A stretch of DNA of 64,000 bases, taken from the NCBI GenBank assembly GCA_963812015.1, contig CAWETI010000002.1, positions 1,184,001 through 1,248,000 on the forward strand, written 5' to 3'. Under the pieces are notes generated by a model that did not search any database, had not been told where the DNA came from, and saw nothing but the letters and a program-made list of their open reading frames with translations. The position numbers and the translations under genes were made by a program. The stretch comes from an uncultured delta proteobacterium. Its GTDB lineage: Bacteria > Desulfobacterota > Desulfobaccia > Desulfobaccales > 0-14-0-80-60-11. Shown here piece after piece: positions 62,781 through 64,000 of the stretch (within the stretch, counting starts at the first letter, position 1; each line of letters starts with the position of its first letter).

Positions 62781-63749
62781 TCAAATATCACCGATGGCAT
62801 CGTATTCCTTAGCGACAACCTCTCGGAGATCAAGCTCCGTATAAATGACAAAAGGAATAGTAGCGAGTCCTGCAGTTAGTTCCTTAACCCTTGCTTCAAC
62901 CTTCGACTTGTCGACAGCCGGAGATATAAGAATCTCGGCTTTGGTTATGGACACGAGGTGTCGCCACCTTTCTGCATCGGCTGACGGCATTGTTTTGCTA
63001 GTTACGGTCTCAAAGTGAGCTATAATCCGAGCAATGTTTTTTAGTAACTGCACAATTCTAAAGACGACTTCTTTTCCATCCTCGTGTTGGAATATCCCAA
63101 AATATACGACTTCGTCACGCCCGTCGAACAAATTGAAATTAAGTGGGCTACCAATCGAGAATATGAATTGTCCCTCCGAAGTATTGACGTTGCTCCATCG
63201 AAGACCCTGAATTGCCAAATAGCGTGGGATCAGACCAACGGTAGCAATTGAGCTTAGTCCGAGCATTGCAGCTTTGTCGTTGATCCATTTATCAAGCTTC
63301 GGTTTGATCAAATTCGGTCTCTGAACATTGAAACTATCATAAAGTCGGCCAATCAGGTCTGATGGCAAAGTCGTAAGCGTCGAATCTTTTAGGAGACACA
63401 CCGGCTTGCCAAGCGCGAGCATATACCCTACTTCAAGTGACACATTAGGATTGAATTCATTCGTGGTAAGTCTCTCGAAAACCGCAATCCCAAAACCACA
63501 GCCATGCATGTATGTTCGGACGTTAGGCCACAAATCATCCGCATAACGCTTATCGTCGGCGCGCAGTCCGATGATTCCTTGTTTTTCACACCAGCTGCGG
63601 ACAGCTTGCAGAATTTTCTTATGAAGCTCCGTATCGTCAAACCGCATCATCACAAACGCGCACTTCCCCGGTTCACGATGATCTGTCCGAAAATTCTGCA
63701 AGCATGAAACGATGTCAGGCGGATCAATATTTGTCATTGAATTCCTCAT
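62781..63749 (-). CDS. TIR/nucleoside-deoxyribosyltransferase-like domain protein, putative defence effector
   Basis: AFVMMRF, RADD, FGIAVF, FNPNVSLEVGYM.ALGK, LPSDL; lower GC than host; unrecognised C-terminal domain. Confidence 0.75.
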   Translation of the reverse strand: MRNSMTNIDPPDIVSCLQNFRTDHREPGKCAFVMMRFDDTELHKKILQAVRSWCEKQGIIGLRADDKRYADDLWPNVRTYMHGCGFGIAVFERLTTNEFNPNVSLEVGYMLALGKPVCLLKDSTLTTLPSDLIGRLYDSFNVQRPNLIKPKLDKWINDKAAMLGLSSIATVGLIPRYLAIQGLRWSNVNTSEGQFIFSIGSPLNFNLFDGRDEVVYFGIFQHEDGKEVVFRIVQLLKNIARIIAHFETVTSKTMPSADAERWRHLVSITKAEILISPAVDKSKVEARVKELTAGLATIPFVIYTELDLREVVAKEYDAIGDI

Positions 63750-63873
63750 CCTCCACGATTTTCATGGTTCTCTGTTTTTTATAAATGGACAAATTAGCAC
63801 GAATTGTCCAATTCTACAAAGAAAGGTAAAGCGAGCATTGGCCGTGATCCGCCAAAACATAGCTAAGGAGCCC

Positions 63874-63903
63874 GTAGGGCGGGAAAGCGAAGCGCATCCC
63901 GCC
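63874..63903 (+). repeat. GTAG-REP adjacent to the transposase 3' end
   Basis: GTAGGGCGGGAAAGCGAAGCGCATCCCGCC. Confidence 0.8.
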
Positions 63904-63919
63904 ATTAGCATTATTCCAT

Positions 63920-64000
63920 CTATAGACTTCGAACGTTATCATCTGCCGCCCATTCAAGGTCATAAATACCGCGTTGCACGTATCGGTAAAAGCTTGAATA
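63920..64000 (-). mobile_element. 3' end of a REP-associated tyrosine transposase (RAYT/TnpA-REP), truncated by the window edge
   Basis: Minus frame YSSFYRYVQRGIYDLEWAADDNVRSL* resembles the RAYT C-terminal (WP)YSSFHRYV..G.Y...W motif; a REP lies directly downstream; absent from the ORF track. Confidence 0.72.

Overview
A GC-rich bacterial chromosome segment. Gene content and order (split F0 operon atpZ-I-B-E next to rex, DUF4416-yicC-remA-gmk, sigma54 promoters, lpxC) suggest a Desulfobacterota/deltaproteobacterium; this assignment is inference. The backbone is housekeeping: uvrA, gyrA-gpsA-pfkA, metG, moaA, queEC, rtcA, murU/amgK-like, tamAB, an EndoQ-UvrD fusion, pyk, a GH57 branching enzyme and lpxC. 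Four things stand out. (1) A three-gene CHASE2-adenylate cyclase / secreted partner / secreted TPR-CHAT (caspase-like) protease operon that looks like a periplasmic proteolysis-coupled cAMP signalling module; the protease gene carries a 1-nt frameshift. (2) Several families of palindromic repeats, plus the 3' end of a REP-associated tyrosine transposase at the right edge. One ~135-150 bp family is inserted in-frame in queC and, in the opposite orientation, in the EndoQ-UvrD helicase; another family sits in-frame in gpsA. (3) Small accessory toxin/defence-like genes (higBA, hicBA, MNT, two HEPN-motif genes each broken by one nonsense codon, a TIR/NDT-like gene) at operon junctions, each beside REP-type hairpins. 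(4) Regulatory signals: Rex boxes, and two sigma54 promoters (lpxC and an FmdB zinc-ribbon gene) sharing a TGTGG-N8-CCACA upstream motif. No rRNA, tRNA or CRISPR array was recognised. All protein calls come from motif recognition by eye, not database searches.
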